NCBI RefSeq assembly: GCF_002105155.1
Contig: NW_019029001.1
Span: 248,001 to 312,000, forward strand
Direction: 5' to 3'
Source of the DNA: Lobosporangium transversale
Lineage: Eukaryota
DNA length: 64,000 nt
How positions within the stretch are numbered: the stretch's first letter is position 1; each line of letters starts with the position of its first letter. Below the pieces are notes generated by a model. It did not search any database. It saw only the letters and a program-made list of their open reading frames with translations, and was not told the origin of the DNA. The position numbers and the translations under genes were made by a program. Below, one piece after another: positions 1 through 15,561 of the stretch.

Positions 1-1010
1 CAAGGTTGTAAGAGCCTACTCCAATAATCGATCTACAGTCAAGCGCTCTATCTGGATCACCATTCTCGTCACCCTCGCCTTTCGTATCCATGGCATGGCA
101 ACAAACAAGCCCAAGAAGGACAGCAAGAAGTCCGGTCTTATCAAGGGCGATAAAAAGAATACTAAAGTAGCTGTAAGTTCCTCGATCCTCGGGTTTAATA
201 ATATTGTTTATTCACTAATGAATGAGGATCAAGAAAAGCCTGGGCAGATCAGAAGGAAGATTACAAAAAAAAAAAGAAAAGGGGGGGAAAAGTGGTTAAG
301 TAAACGTTGCGAATGCAAAAACTCATTAATCTTTTTCCACCCTCTTTTTCAGGTTGATCGGGTCTTCTTCGAACGATTTATGAGGCTCCTGCGCTTGGTC
401 ATTCCAGGGTGGCGATCTAAAGAATTTTGGCTATTAATTGTCCATTCAGGATTCTTGGGTATGTACTATGCATAATACACATTGGTAATTCCCTCTTCCC
501 TTCACTATCAAAACTGAAAAAGAAAGTCGAGAATACAGGATGCCATAGCTGGGGCATACATAATTTCTTTATTAGTTCCCCATATGTCTGACCAAGCCGT
601 CCTTTCGACATTCTAACCTCAACTGTCTCTCCTGATGCAGTCTTTAGAACCATGCTTTCCGTGTACATTGCTGCCCTCGATGGAAGGATCGTCAGTGCTT
701 TGGTCCGTGGTCAAGCCAAAGACTTTATGGTGGGTCTTCTCTGGTGGATGACCGTGGCTGTACCTGCCACTTATACCAACAGCATGGTAAGTTCATAAAA
801 AATTTCTTTCAAAATGAGTGAAAGTTTAGTATGTTGATTTTTTTTTATTATTATTCTTGTTTCCTTTTAAAGTTGACGTATATGCAAAGCAAGCTGGCCA
901 TCCAGTTCCGTACACGTCTCACGAACCACATTCATGAGCAATACCTCACTGACATGACCTTTTACGCCATCGGCAATCTGGACGACCGTATCAAGAACGC
1001 AGATCAGTAT

Positions 1011-1044
<34 letters not shown>

Positions 1045-1106
1045 TGCAATGATATATATTAATAGCTCTTATTACACTACATACGATTTTACCAACTACC
1101 AACCTT

Positions 1107-1137
<31 letters not shown>

Positions 1138-1675
1138 CGTTTAGGTGCATCACAGTGGATGTCAACAAATTCTGCACATCTTTATCGGAACTCTATTCCA
1201 ACTTAGCCAAGCCTATCCTCGATGTTATTATTTACAATGTTCAGCTCTCTAAGAGCGTTGGGGGCGAAGGATTATTCGGTGTCAGCGCACTACTTCACGC
1301 CTCGGCCTTGGTGCTCCGGGCATTGACTCCTCCATTTGGCAAGATGGTAGCGGAGGAGCAGCGCCTTGAGGGTGAGTTCCGCTTCACACACTCACGAGTG
1401 ATCGAAAACGCTGAGGAGATTGCACTCTTTGGAGGACATGACGTCGAGAAGGCGATCCTGGACAGAAACTACTTTGCATTGATCAAGCACGTCAACCGCA
1501 TCTTCCGCATGCGTGTCTGGCACGGCATGCTCGAAGACTTTATCATCAAGTACTTCTGGGGCGCCATGGGTCTTGTCATTTGTTCCATCCCTGTCTTCTT
1601 CAAGCTTCCTGGTCAGAGTGGGGGGGCTGATATTGGAGGCCGTACCGAAGGTCAGCATCTTTTTCTTAAGCTATT

Positions 1676-1709
<34 letters not shown>

Positions 1710-3167
1710 TTGCTATTGTGACTAAAGAGTTTCATTTTTACAAATATGTATTCAGGCTTCATCACAAATAGGCGTATGTTACTAAGCTCTTCGGACGCAT
1801 TCGGACGCATCATGTACTCATACAAAGAAGTGACTGAGCTGGCTGGCTATACCGCCCGTGTGTCTGAACTGTTGGACGTCTTTGAGGATGTAAAGGCAGG
1901 TCGTTTTGAGAAGAGACTGGTTTCCTCAGCATCAACGGACGAGAACGCTAGGGTGCTCTCGGGTCGTGGCGACGTGGTCGAGGATGACACCATTGAGTTT
2001 ACAGATGTCCCTATTGTGTCACCCAACGGCGATGTTTTACTCAAGAAGTTGTCTTTCTATGTCAAGCCTGGCATGCATCTGTTGATCGTCGGTCCTAACG
2101 GTTGTGGCAAGAGTAGTTTGTTCCGCATTCTGGGTGGCCTTTGGCCCGTCTATGGTAAGGGACATCAATAGGGCTAAAATATCATATTTTTGCTATACCA
2201 TGACACTCAACTCTAATATTTCTTCTGTTGATTTATTGTTTGTTTGGTAGGCGGTACTGTTCACCGCCCACACCCTAAGAATATATTCTATATTCCTCAG
2301 CGCCCATACCTATCCCTTGGAACACTACGTGATCAGATCATCTATCCTGGCACTGTAGAGGACATGAAAGCTAATGGATACACAGATCAAGATTTGCAAG
2401 AGATTCTTGAAGTTGTTCAGTTAAATAACATTGTCGAACGCGAAGGCGGATGGGGCCGTGAGCGCGAGTGGCGCGATGCCCTTTCAGGAGGCGACAAGCA
2501 GCGTGTATGTTCTTTTATTTGCTATTTGTTTACTTGTTTTCTGCCTTGGTAAAATATGGCGCTGAAATATTTACAATATTGTTTTTTAAGATTGCTATGG
2601 CCCGTCTCTACTATCATCGTCCTCGCTATGCTATTCTTGATGAGTGCACAAGCGCAGTGAGCATGGAGGTTGAAAAGATCATGTATACCCACTGCATGAG
2701 TAAGTTCAAGCTGCCACTTCCTCTTCATCAAGCACCGATTCCTTGAAAATGATTTTTTAGATGGATGTTAATGTTCTTTTTTTTTTTAGAACTCGGAATT
2801 TCTCTCCTAACAGTATCTCATCGTCCTTCCTTATGGCAATACCACAACGTAAAGTTGCTCGCCGATGTATCTTTTGTTTTATTTATGTAACACTTAGCGA
2901 TTCAATGCTAATCTCTTGCTTTTCTTTTTTGCTTTTTTTTTTTTTCTTCAGTACATTCTCCAATATGATGGTCAGGGTGGCTATGTCTTCACCAAGCTAG
3001 ATGCTGAGCGCCGGCTTGCTCTCCAGGAGGAGCGTCAGGTACTGGAGCACAAGCTGGCCGAGATTCCCAAAATTGAGCAACGTTTGGAAGATCTCCGTAA
3101 CCTGATGATGGAACGTGGCTCTGGTAAAGCTACTGATGAGGCTCAAGAGTCCTCTACACACGCATAA
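1..3167 (+). CDS. PXA2: Peroxisomal ABCD-family half ABC transporter (long-chain fatty acid import), PXA2-like; 5' end outside window; about 10 exons
   Basis: Exon translations show the EAA-like motif [19 protein letters not shown], Walker [10 protein letters not shown], signature LSGGDKQR and Walker [35 protein letters not shown] matches the fungal Pxa2 type. GT-AG introns separate the ORF pieces; stop at 3165-3167. Confidence 0.9.
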
Positions 3168-3340
3168 AACGTCATATCCAGTGTGTATTTCGGATTTTTC
3201 TATTGATTAGATGAAAACAATTAGTCGTTTCCTCTTTTCCTCTCCTTCTGCTTTTCTAACCCCTTGTTCATTAGCCATAGAAATAAAACTTTGTTGAATG
3301 ATGCAATGCTTGATGTAAACTTTTATTTGACAGATCTTGC

Positions 3341-6300
3341 CTATGTCTTGTCTACTTGTTTGTTAAAAGCCAGCGCGGTTTCATACTGTGATATACGCTC
3401 CAACTGAGATGGATCATCGAGCAAGATCGCCAATCCTGCAACAATCCTCAATGTTGCAACGTCTCCTCTCCGAGCCAGAGTTTGTAATCCAACAGATGAT
3501 GTCGCCTGAAGAATCTCCACAGCGTTACTTAGAGTCGGATCGGAAGGTCTATGCTGACGATATGAGGCTCTTTTTAGCACTGCCGCTAGAGTCAGCTGGC
3601 ATTTGCTTGCTTGTACATAAAACCCACGTCGTTCCAAGTATTGGCCCCATTCTGTCAAAATCTGTATATGAAGTTTTGTCAAATCTTTGGCTGTAGTAGC
3701 AACTGACATTTGGGACACATCCATTATACCCAAACCTTCCTGAGGCTTGTTACTCTTTTCTTGCGCATCCATCACCACATCTGAGCCTTCGATACCGCTT
3801 TCTTCCTCGTCCCCGACATCTTCATTCTCCCAAGATCGTATTCGAAGCAACATCAACGCCTCACGGTACATTTCCATCTTGCGGTATGCATCAATGGCTT
3901 CAAAAACATGACCAATCCCCAAGTAGCATAACACAGCGGCATGGATTTCACCTCGCACTTCAAACTTGGATGCCGTTTTCTTCATCATCTCCTTCCAGGC
4001 ACCCACTCCACCCAATGGGGATAATGCTATACCAATCCAATCATGAATCCCAAGTTCAGAAGCCGGAAGTGCTCCGAGGACATCCATCATCTTTGGAACG
4101 TCACCCATCCAGTAAGATACTGGAATCTGGCCAAGTTGAGCAAGTCTCCTTGCTTTTACTGGTGAACTTGAATCACTATCCTTGTAAACTGGCGCCGTAA
4201 TAACACCCATGCCGCTTCCTACTGAAAATATGCTGCTGTGGTGTTCTTGTGTCTCTTCTTTTCTCTCTCCTTGCCCCTCCCCTTCCTCCTGATCTTGTCC
4301 CTGCTCACTTGCTTTCCTTTGCGCATTTACCAGCACTTGGGCTTGGGATGATGCTTTTCTAGAGTGGACTTTGCTAACTTGATATCCCTCAAGCTCTGCC
4401 AGTGCTTTGATTGACTCTCGTGAACCGTAGAAAATCAAATCGCTACAGGACGCTCCTTCGTCATCAGTCGCGGCTACTTCCTCCGGAGCATCACACCTCT
4501 GTAAATGTTCCATAACTTGGTCCTTGGACTTTTTTTTGATACCAACTTTTTGCTGTTGAATGATTGCTCCGTCCGTGTACGTAGAACAAGGCCCAATAAT
4601 AGAACCTTGAGAGACTCTTTCGCTTGTATCGGCATGAGTGCTTGAATTTCCCTTATCTTCGTCGTTGTAACTATCATCTAGGTTCATCTCATCCACATCC
4701 ATGCCCAAGATACTGGACAAGATAACACCTTCTTCCTCATCCTTCTCAAGAAAGTCGCGCATAGCGCGCCATCTCTTCCTCGCTGCCTCATGCTCCGCTT
4801 CGCTCCTAAGTGTGCCTCCCTGCCGAAATCGCCTGCAGTACAGGTTACGAGCCAGTCGTATAATCTCCAGATGAAGCTTTTCTTTGGACTGGGTTCGGAA
4901 AGCCTTCGAGCTTGAGGGGAAAAGATTGACTCCTTTAACAGGCGTTATCGATTTATTATCTTTGGATGCCGTTGGTGGATGCCCTGTGGAGAGTTGAAAA
5001 GCACTACCATCTGTAACTTTGGCTGTACTCGCCCGCGCTCGCTTAGATGCAGTAAGATGAGTTTGTGGGATGGGGTCGCCTTGTCTTTTCGGCAACTCAG
5101 ACTCTTCTGCTGCTTCTACCTCTATATGAGTTCCAGTTCTTACGTTACTATGAGGCTCAATAAGCGGTCCAATCTGCGTTACTCCTACTTGATCTGCAGC
5201 ACTGGAAGCAGTTGCTTGGTCCTTAATTAAAGAATACATTCCTGAATGCGGGTTTGAACCCACTCTCACATGCCTAAGCGCCGCAATCTCCTCTTCTGAA
5301 ATTTCATGCTTTCTCCAATTCCAAAGGCATACTCTCCAATCGTTCCCACCAGTATAAATTTGATCCACCTCTGACAAACTCCAGTGCGCTGAAAGGGCCT
5401 GATTCCCATGACCATCGAAATAGGCTAGTATTTTATGTTGTTGCGGAAGAGGCTGGGCAACAGCAGAATCGATTGCATTAGCAATATGCATAACTGTGCC
5501 GGCTGCTGCTGTATCAATGTAATCCATTTCTGGGTCGTTCTGACAGAGATTAGCGCTCAGGCCAACTTCGTCATTCGTTTGAATCTCGTAGACAATTGCT
5601 TTTCCATCAAACGAGACGCTCACGATTTTTTGGCCAGTTGGGTTGGATTCTTCGGCGGGCCTATGCGGCGACCAGGCTAAGTCAGAAATCCCTCGTGAGT
5701 GGCACGAAAAATAGGCGTGAACACGACGCGTGGGTAAAACTGTACCACTATCCAATAAACGCAGCAACTGTGCCTCACTCTTATCACTCTTGCTAGCGCT
5801 ATCCTGACGTCTTCCGCTTGTCTCTCGCTGACCACGCTCCCTCTTTCCTCCCAGAGTTTTGGCTGAAAAACAATAGAGCTTATGGATGGCCAAAGCACCA
5901 TCGTCTGATCCGCTAGCAAGGAGATAAGAAAGCTGGTCGTAATCTTTGATAATGTTTGACCCTCCATTTTCAATCCAATTCCACTTCAGCCGGTTCACGC
6001 GTCGCCGGTGACCTTGATACACGTATACCAACTTGAAGTATCTCAACTCAAATACTTCGACAGAGCCATCATCATTTCCAATCGCAAGGAGGTCTTCATT
6101 GGGATGAATAGCAACATCTCGTCTCTGAGGAGCCTCAATGCCCTTGATAACCTTTAATGACTGATACCACGCGGAATTTTGCTTCTGAATCACGGCTTCA
6201 AGACTAAGACTCTTTTTTGTAGGCTTCGATGTATCTGTGACGAGAATTTTGCCATCACTGCCACATGTGACCACACAAAATGTAGCCTCGTGAAGAGAAA

Positions 6301-7844
6301 AATCAAAGAGATCCGGAACCGGGGCCTCAAATACCTTTGGGGTACACCAAGTCATGGAAATAACAGGCCCTTCATGATAAGACTGAAAGATTGTCATGTT
6401 TTGGTCCACCTTACCTTTGCCAACCGCTCTTTGCCTCCCGTTTTTCCTTTGTGTCGATTGCTGATTGTCAAGTCCAGACCCACTCATAATATCCTCTATC
6501 ATCCCAATCTTGCCATTCTCAAGTCCAAAGCAAAGTTTGCCCTCGTCAAGAGTGTGCCACTTTACTACCCGGACTTTACTCTGCAATCGATCTATAGTCA
6601 CACATTCATAAGGCTCATCCTGACTAAGTGTGTGCCAGATCTTCACTGTTTCGTTTCCAAGCCCCATGGCCAATCGGCTGGGGTCTAAAGGGCTAATGTC
6701 GAGACTATAAACATTCCCTCCAATACATTCTATCTGAGCTATACCCTGGTTGTTTTCAATGTCCCAAGCTATGATCCTTCTATCCATTGATATCGAGAAC
6801 GCAAAGCCTCCAAGAGGCCACATCATTATCTGGTATACAGTACGGCTATGCACATTTCCATGCATGATCTTGACAAAATCTCTAGTATCTCCTTTGAGTG
6901 ACCAGCGAACCATACTCCCACTAGAGTGCAGTAAGAAGGACATATATACTTGTGTTAGATGATCGAAATAGACGACAGACATATTCATGTATTCGATATA
7001 AACCAGTATTGATAGAGGCTTCGGCAAGAGCATACGTACCGACTTGTACAAGAAACGACCCCTTTACCATCGGAAGTCCATCCAAGAGGCACCCATATTT
7101 TCGATCGCTGGCTAGATCCTAGTTTTTTGTCCAGTTCTGGCATTGAGATTATTCTCACGGAGCATTCTTTTTCAATATCCCAGATCCGAATAGATTGATC
7201 TGCAGATCCTGAGCCTAAGAGTGTATAACTTTGACTGTGTGACTCTAGCCAAAACCATATTTGATTAGACCCAGTTGAAGGTGTTTTGCACAATTAGCAA
7301 TCCTTTGTTTACAACGGAGGACAATTACCCGATAACTGCTGCCACGAAAGACTCTGAATCTTTTCTGTATGACCATATAATCGACGCAGCGCAATAATAT
7401 GAGTTAAATTAACTTGACAAATAAGTATGTCGCCCCCATCCAGTCTAATTAAAGGATTTCTCGGTTAGACCATGTATGCTAAGTGCATAGCTACCTTCTT
7501 TTTTCTTGATGCTAGTACTATATGCTTGCTTAATCGTAATCCTTACCCAATAGCTGCAGTATCTGGATGCGCAGGGCTAGAACTTATACATGAAATACTG
7601 GGCTTCTCTGGTAGAACCTTTTTATTCGATTTGCCTTGGAACGGTGACCATACAGCTAATACTCCTCCTTTGTCGCCTAATAAAGCACAGATATGTCGGT
7701 ATGAAATAGTTAGTCTTGACACCGATTCAAAACCACAAGCTATTTCAGGTAATGTTTACGCCGCTTTTGCATATTAACCATTTTACCGGATACAATAAGG
7801 CGACCGTCTCCAGTCCATTCCACAGCCTTGACTGGTTTCTAACA

Positions 7845-7875
<31 letters not shown>

Positions 7876-8302
7876 AAGTCATTATTTTTCGTGTCGTTAG
7901 CTCGATCAATTCAATACAACACTCTTTTATTACTTGATGCAGTTTCTTCAGTGACGCCACTGCCCGTTGATCCTTGATATCCCAGCAAATAACTTTAAGA
8001 TCGTCCCCACAGGACGCTACAAGAGTTTTTTGATTGGTCAATGCATCTTGATCTTGTTCGAGTTTAGAGCCAAGGCTCCCGTTCCCTAAAGTAGACGTCA
8101 TCGTAGACCTTGAAGCTATAGCATTGATCCTGGCGGTATGCCCATTGGCCAATATGCCCTGGTACTTGAGAGTGAATGGATTAAGTATATGGATATCATT
8201 GTTAAGAGAATACAGAAGCCAGCCTGTATCCTCGCACAAGCAATAGAGACAGGCTGCGTGGGGTTGATTCCACTGTGGTGACGGAGGGAAAGCGGTATCC
8301 AT
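3341..8302 (-). CDS. GEMIN5: Gemin5-like large WD40-repeat protein (multi-exon)
   Basis: N-terminus MDTAFPPSPQWN resembles Gemin5 LPPSPNWY. Many WD repeats (GSADQSIRIWD, ASGSDDG, GHRRRVNRLKW). C-terminal TPR-like region IALSPLGGVGAWK..AAVLCYLGIGHVFEAIDAYRKMEMYREAL. ATG at 8302; the 5' exon boundaries are approximate. Confidence 0.75.
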
Positions 8303-9415
8303 GAAGACAAGGCTCTGTCCGCAATAAATTATCTTTGCTTTCTTTAAGGAAATCGAAAACAATAAAGACAGTCACAGTAAATGCATGTGATAAGTGATTG
8401 TGTACGTATGGGTCGAGTCAATTATTAGTGGCGCTCATTGCCACTAAAGCATCGCTCATGACTCTTTTCGTCGTTGAAATTATGGCTGGCAGCATGGTAG
8501 CCAAAAGTGACACAACTTGATACCCTTCTTTCTGATAAAATAGCTTCGCTAAAAGTAATAGAATTAGCGCTGGGACATCGAGCAACTTACAGTACTATGT
8601 GCCGAATTGGGAGGCTTCGGCATGCTAGGATCGAAGCATACTCCTCTGATAAAATACTTTTTAAAGTAAACAAGAGGATCACTAAGGAAGGTGCCAATCA
8701 AGGATACTAAAACATACACTTGTGGAGAATCGTGGTTACCGCATATCTGCTAAACGCCTCCACCTTCGATGCAGCACCTTTCTCGAGTCCTCCTGAAAAC
8801 CATCAAAGTACTGCAGATGATACAGAATGCTTTACGATTGTGATCTGAGAATATCGAGAATTGAAAGGGCAGCTCAGTAAGTCCCATGATACACATACTC
8901 ATCTTCCCATCAGCTCAAGTGACAAGAACTCCTTCAATTACCAAGAGAAGTAAGGAAGAAAACGACGGAACAAATAGGGATAAGGAAAGCTCTAAAAAGT
9001 CTAAGTAGGGCCAATTGGATCAGGAATGGGATCAAGCAGAGCAATGACAGAACCAAATGTGCCAGGAGTAGGATAAAGTGAGACGGATCTTCCTCCTGAT
9101 GGTGCCGGACAGATTGTAACCACTAGGAGAACAGCTGTGAGGCCGGGATGTGCCGTCAAGGTTGATATCTCCGTCCATGTGAAGGAACCAGTCTATACTA
9201 TGTTAAAAGTCCGCTTTCATCGGGTGTTCGAGGTCCTGGTGCTGCAACACTCCTCATTATATGCTTTCGAAACAACTATTTTAGTCCCGACAATAAATTA
9301 CTGCCTGGCACTCTTGAGTCACGGGAGTCGAAATAGATTTATATATCTGTAACTGACTCTTTTTACATATTCACAATTCCTTTCTCCACTCTCCACTCCA
9401 CTGTAATCTTTCGCC

Positions 9416-11219
<1,804 letters not shown>

Positions 11220-11533
11220 AAACCCTTTGATCACTTTTGCTTGATATTTTTCTTTCTTCCTTTCTCGTCTTTAATGATGATATATGACCATGATTTGGTC
11301 GTAATGACTGTAGATTCTTTTTTTTTTAACCGACTATACTTCCTATCCTAACTGATTTTCTCGACTGTTACATATTTTCATTAAAGCAGAGAAATGAGTT
11401 GTTTGAAGTCTGTGTCTTATTTCTTCGTAGAATGCCGAATATATAATGAATGAAAAGCGCTACCATTAACGACATTATTATTATTATTACTATTATTATT
11501 ATTTAATAGTTTGAGTGTATGCAATAGAATTAC

Positions 11534-13366
11534 CTAACATAACATCCGTTCAACACTCATTTTACCGCCACTATGACGCCTCCCTGTCTCTCCTAACGAT
11601 ACATTCTCTATCTTGCCATTGCTCATGGCCTTGTCTTCATCCTGATAGTCTTCATCATCAAGTTCATCGCTCATATCAGAGTCTTCCTGTTGAGTTTCAT
11701 CTTCTTCATATTTGTCTTCGACGTTAACAGGTGTACACCTCCTTTTCCTCTTCTCTAAACTATTACGACACTCCTCTACGAAAGTTTGAGCAGAAATACC
11801 ATGGCTTGCGCCTAGCTCACCATCATTGGGTATTTCTGGCTCTAGCTCTGGCACGAGGCTAGGCGATGTTGTAGTGGATAGTGCACCAGACGACATTTGA
11901 GACAAAAGCAACAAACCATCTTTGGCATCTTCGTCTGAGGACGGCTGCCTAGCTGAGACGCGCCTTGGATCGTGTACAACAGAAGATTTGGGTACAGATG
12001 GGAGAGAATGAATAGTGCCAGAAGATGAACTATGCTGTGTATTAATTGCTTGCTCTGTTCTAGCGCGCTTTGAATATGGGTAGCCAAGTCCTGTAGTCAT
12101 CATGGGTGTAAATATCGTACTGTTGGCACTGTTAAGAGCATCTAACATATCTGTTGTCTTATTGTTGGGGTTGCTGTTGGTAGCTTTTTGAAACTTTGCA
12201 TTGGCTATAGACTCTGGAATAACAGACTTGAGATACTGTATGTACTCGATAGTGCTCTGCAGAATGGATAGTTTATGCAAATGGTCCTCATCGACGCATG
12301 CTGGTACTAAGCACTTTAACTGCAGAATCTTGTCATTAATCCGTTCACGTCTCCGCCTTTCAATCGCCGAATGTGATACCTTACGCATCATTTCACGTGT
12401 CTCCTGATCAACCTTGTCACTGGAGGAGGCACGGCGTTTAGAGCCTGCACCTCCATTGGCTTTAGCCTGTCGCGCTGAAGCCATTGTAGGGGCAGTCTGT
12501 GGAGGAAGCATCATGAAGCGCTGTGGCGAGCTGGGTATGGAGCGCTGACTAATACCCATTTGTGGGCTTTTTAGCTGGGTAGGATGGGATGCGGGGCTTT
12601 TAGGATGCTGACCACTGGAGTACGGAGATGGAAAAGACCGAGGAGACAATACTTGGAATACAGATGTGGATGAAAGGGAGGGAGCAGGGAGCAACATATT
12701 GGGGGGTATTGGCTGCTTTAGGTTGCTTTCATATCTCGGAGATTGATGTGGACTTGACTGGTGCTGAGGATAATGCTGTGGTGTCGGATAGGGAGAGAGT
12801 GGGCCAATGAAGGGAGACGACAATGAGTGGTTCATACGTGGCGACCGCTGAGGGTTAGATTGAGGCGACATGTTGCTGTAATTTCCAGGCTGCGTTGGTC
12901 GTGGAGAAGGTAAAGGCAGTGACCTTGCTCCTCCTACAACTAAGCTGGATTGTGGAATCTGTTGAGGGACCATTTTAGGAGAATAGTGTGGGGCATCATT
13001 AGGATGCAACGGCTGCTGTAAAGGTGGAGGAAGTTGATAAAACCCGGAGGAGTGTTGATTGGATTCTGAGGCTTTTTGGTATGGAGAGAGTAGTGAACGT
13101 GCGGGGGAAAGAGGTGGCGTTGCACTAGAGTACAACGTGTGATTAGGGCGTGTACTTGATGATATGGAAGCTGACGAGGGATAAGAAGCCTTGCTCGATG
13201 AGTATGAAGCATTGTCTGCACAATCGCCGGCATTACCCAGGGAAAGTGTTGCGCTTGGGTTTGGGCTCGCAGAGGGTCGTTCAGGACTTTTACCTGAGCA
13301 ATTGGTGAAGAATGGTGTAGGATTTGTGGATTTGGTGGCGTTTGATTTGGGATCCTGTGGATTCAT
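11534..13366 (-). CDS. bHLH transcription factor with Pro/Ser-rich disordered flanks (open frame extends upstream to 13564)
   Basis: RKVSHSAIERRRRERINDKILQLKCLVP...KLSILQSTIEYIQYL is a canonical bHLH domain; the choice of start codon is uncertain. Confidence 0.85.
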   Translation of the reverse strand: MNPQDPKSNATKSTNPTPFFTNCSGKSPERPSASPNPSATLSLGNAGDCADNASYSSSKASYPSSASISSSTRPNHTLYSSATPPLSPARSLLSPYQKASESNQHSSGFYQLPPPLQQPLHPNDAPHYSPKMVPQQIPQSSLVVGGARSLPLPSPRPTQPGNYSNMSPQSNPQRSPRMNHSLSSPFIGPLSPYPTPQHYPQHQSSPHQSPRYESNLKQPIPPNMLLPAPSLSSTSVFQVLSPRSFPSPYSSGQHPKSPASHPTQLKSPQMGISQRSIPSSPQRFMMLPPQTAPTMASARQAKANGGAGSKRRASSSDKVDQETREMMRKVSHSAIERRRRERINDKILQLKCLVPACVDEDHLHKLSILQSTIEYIQYLKSVIPESIANAKFQKATNSNPNNKTTDMLDALNSANSTIFTPMMTTGLGYPYSKRARTEQAINTQHSSSSGTIHSLPSVPKSSVVHDPRRVSARQPSSDEDAKDGLLLLSQMSSGALSTTTSPSLVPELEPEIPNDGELGASHGISAQTFVEECRNSLEKRKRRCTPVNVEDKYEEDETQQEDSDMSDELDDEDYQDEDKAMSNGKIENVSLGETGRRHSGGKMSVERMLC

Positions 13367-13980
13367 GCTGGGTGAGGGATCTGGACTGTGAGGATGATGA
13401 AAAGAAGGGTCAGAGAATATTATTGTTGTACACGTAGTAGTTGGAGGTAATGCAGAAAGAGGGATAGACCGATGTGAAAATATGGAATTCGACGCAAAAA
13501 ACTGATTGAAGATCTCATAGCTTGTGGCGGTTATTCGATTGCAGTTTAAACAGTTAAAGGACACTGAGTAGCAAGTAGTTGGAAACTGGAGATGTGTAAG
13601 AAGAGCTGCACCCGGAAGCGATCAAGAGTTGTTGCGTCGTACGCAAAATTACCTGATTCTGTCCTAGAATGGAATATGTTCTGAGAAAGACAGGGAATGA
13701 GAAGGTGAGCACACGAACAACAAATAAGAAAACGTGATCGCGAACTGATGCAGATGTGCACGCCACCTTTTATGCGTAAAGTCCTTTCCATTTTAATGTA
13801 GAAATTCTTTACCACCAATACAACTCAACTACAAAAGTCATATGGGTACATGAACCTTGTATTTGAAGTCGAGTATGTTCTGTCACGTAGTGAGATGCCA
13901 CCAAATCAATTCAATCACCGTTATTAGATTAAAAATATATGGGATCGTGACTTAATGAAATGGGACCTACATGTAGTCTA

Positions 13981-14156
13981 TAAGTCCGCCCCATTAAAAA
14001 TCGGGACAGCCCATCTAGATCAAGGATATTGTAAAAAGAGCAAGGAATACATTAGTGCATAGAAGTAAATAAATTAACTAAAAAATATTGTCAAATCAAT
14101 ACTTACAATTTTTTTAAGACGAAGGCCTTTCAGGACCTAGTAATATTTGGTAGTAG
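13981..14156 (-). ncRNA. Candidate omegaRNA scaffold, copy A, with 92-nt spliceosomal intron (14106-14015)
   Basis: Conserved with three other copies: ctaggtcctgaaaggccttcgtcttaaaaaaatt|GTAAGTA..CTAAT..TAG|atgggctgtcccgatttttaatggggcggactta. Lies downstream of a Fanzor-like remnant. RNA function is inferred. Confidence 0.5.
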
Positions 14157-14159
14157 ACC

Positions 14160-15100
14160 AAATTGTTACTACCGGCTTGATGTCTCTCCTCCTCCTGGGC
14201 GCAACAAAGGCTCTTTTGGTATCGAGTTTGGACCTAGCCTGTCAGTGAGCGTTAGTGCAATGCACATAAGCTAATGACGAGTCTAACGCGTCGTAAGGAT
14301 TCGTGGCTGTGTGCTAAAATTGCAGTCATAGGCATGACATTACAAAAAATCACAGGCCTTGAATAAATGCGTTTTAAGAATGACCAGACTGCAATGATGG
14401 ATCCCCTCAAACGCCGCCCATGGCCTCCATGATATGACAAGACTCTAATGATGGCTCCTTCAACCATCGATACAGGTACATGATTAAATTGATTGTACAT
14501 TTAAAGGTGTAGAGTATTTCTATGCCATGAGTGTTGAAAACATGGCTATTAAGAAATTGAAACTTCATACACATCCTCTTTTTTTTGGTGACGGCGTTAT
14601 TGATATAATTGTTGGGTTTCTTCTGAATTGCTCATGAGCCAATCCGCCTATGCGTTCCAAAAAAAAAAAAAAAAAAAAAAAAAGGAACACGAGCCCTTCT
14701 TTGGGCTTAATCACAGTTTATTCTTTGGATCGTAAAACGGGAAAATTTGCCCATTTAGCTTTCATCAACTCATGGGCGGAACTGATCCAGTTCAGTAAAA
14801 ATCAATCAGGAAAAATCAGCAAAAACCATATATCAAACTATCTAATCACGATGCACTATGTTCACTATTCACTCGCCTCTACTCCTTTGCGCATCTAACA
14901 ACTTTTGCCATTTCTTCATTTCTCGTTGATAGTCATGGCGAAGGCTGGATTTGCCATATGTAGATGATTGGAGAAGGGCTGCAAACAACGCTTGAAATAA
15001 AAAAATAAAAATAAAAATAAAAAAATAAAAAATAAAAAAAAATAAAAAGAGAAACCTGTTTGTTTCTCTGTTAAAAAGTCTGATGAGTGTGTATGTTTTT
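14160..15100 (-). pseudogene. Highly decayed Fanzor-like paralog remnant (A)
   Basis: VEGAIIRVLSYHGGHGRR resembles VDCVIKAILKLAGGSHGRR of the main gene. 14170-14265 is homologous to 27540-27640 and to the 3' coding tail of gene C. Confidence 0.45.
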
Positions 15101-15430
15101 TTTAAATATGCTCCTTTTGTTTCGAGCTGCATTGTCGAAATATATATACCCAATTATGGGGACAACATTCTACACACAAACCACACACCGAGAGTAAATT
15201 TGTGGTAAATTCATCAGCCCTTCGTTTCGCTCTCTTTCATACACCTACAAATACCCTGCTTCTCTCCCTTTCATGCTGATACAACGACATTTATCTCCCA
15301 CCCTCTCACATTCTCACAGATTACAATCTCTTGCTCTTTTAAAGTAAACCATGTCTACCCTAACAACTTCAACTTCAATTTATAGCTGCATAAACTAATG
15401 TTCGTTGCTTGCACTGTCTTTAATACTGTA

Positions 15431-15548
15431 ATTCAGGGCTCCCATTCGATAATCGAATAGAATTCGAATGCACTGTAAAAAAAAAAAAATTCACCCCTTT
15501 TTTATATGCATTCAAATTTCATTCGATTGTCGAATAGGAGCCCTGAAT
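15431..15548. mobile_element. 118-bp MITE-like foldback insertion upstream of XPG-Fanzor copy B
   Basis: About 40-bp imperfect TIRs (attcagggctcccattcgataatcgaat / attcgattgtcgaataggagccctgaat); absent from the homologous upstream region of copy C. Confidence 0.7.
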
Positions 15549-15561
15549 ATACTTCCTCTAA

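Noticed and set aside
1011..1137. Long poly-T/poly-A runs as retroposon tails
   Set aside because: They recur in introns throughout the window without TSDs, so they are a genome-wide compositional trait.
8450..9300. Short ORFs between the Gemin5-like gene and ADK1
   Set aside because: No family motif or convincing splice structure.
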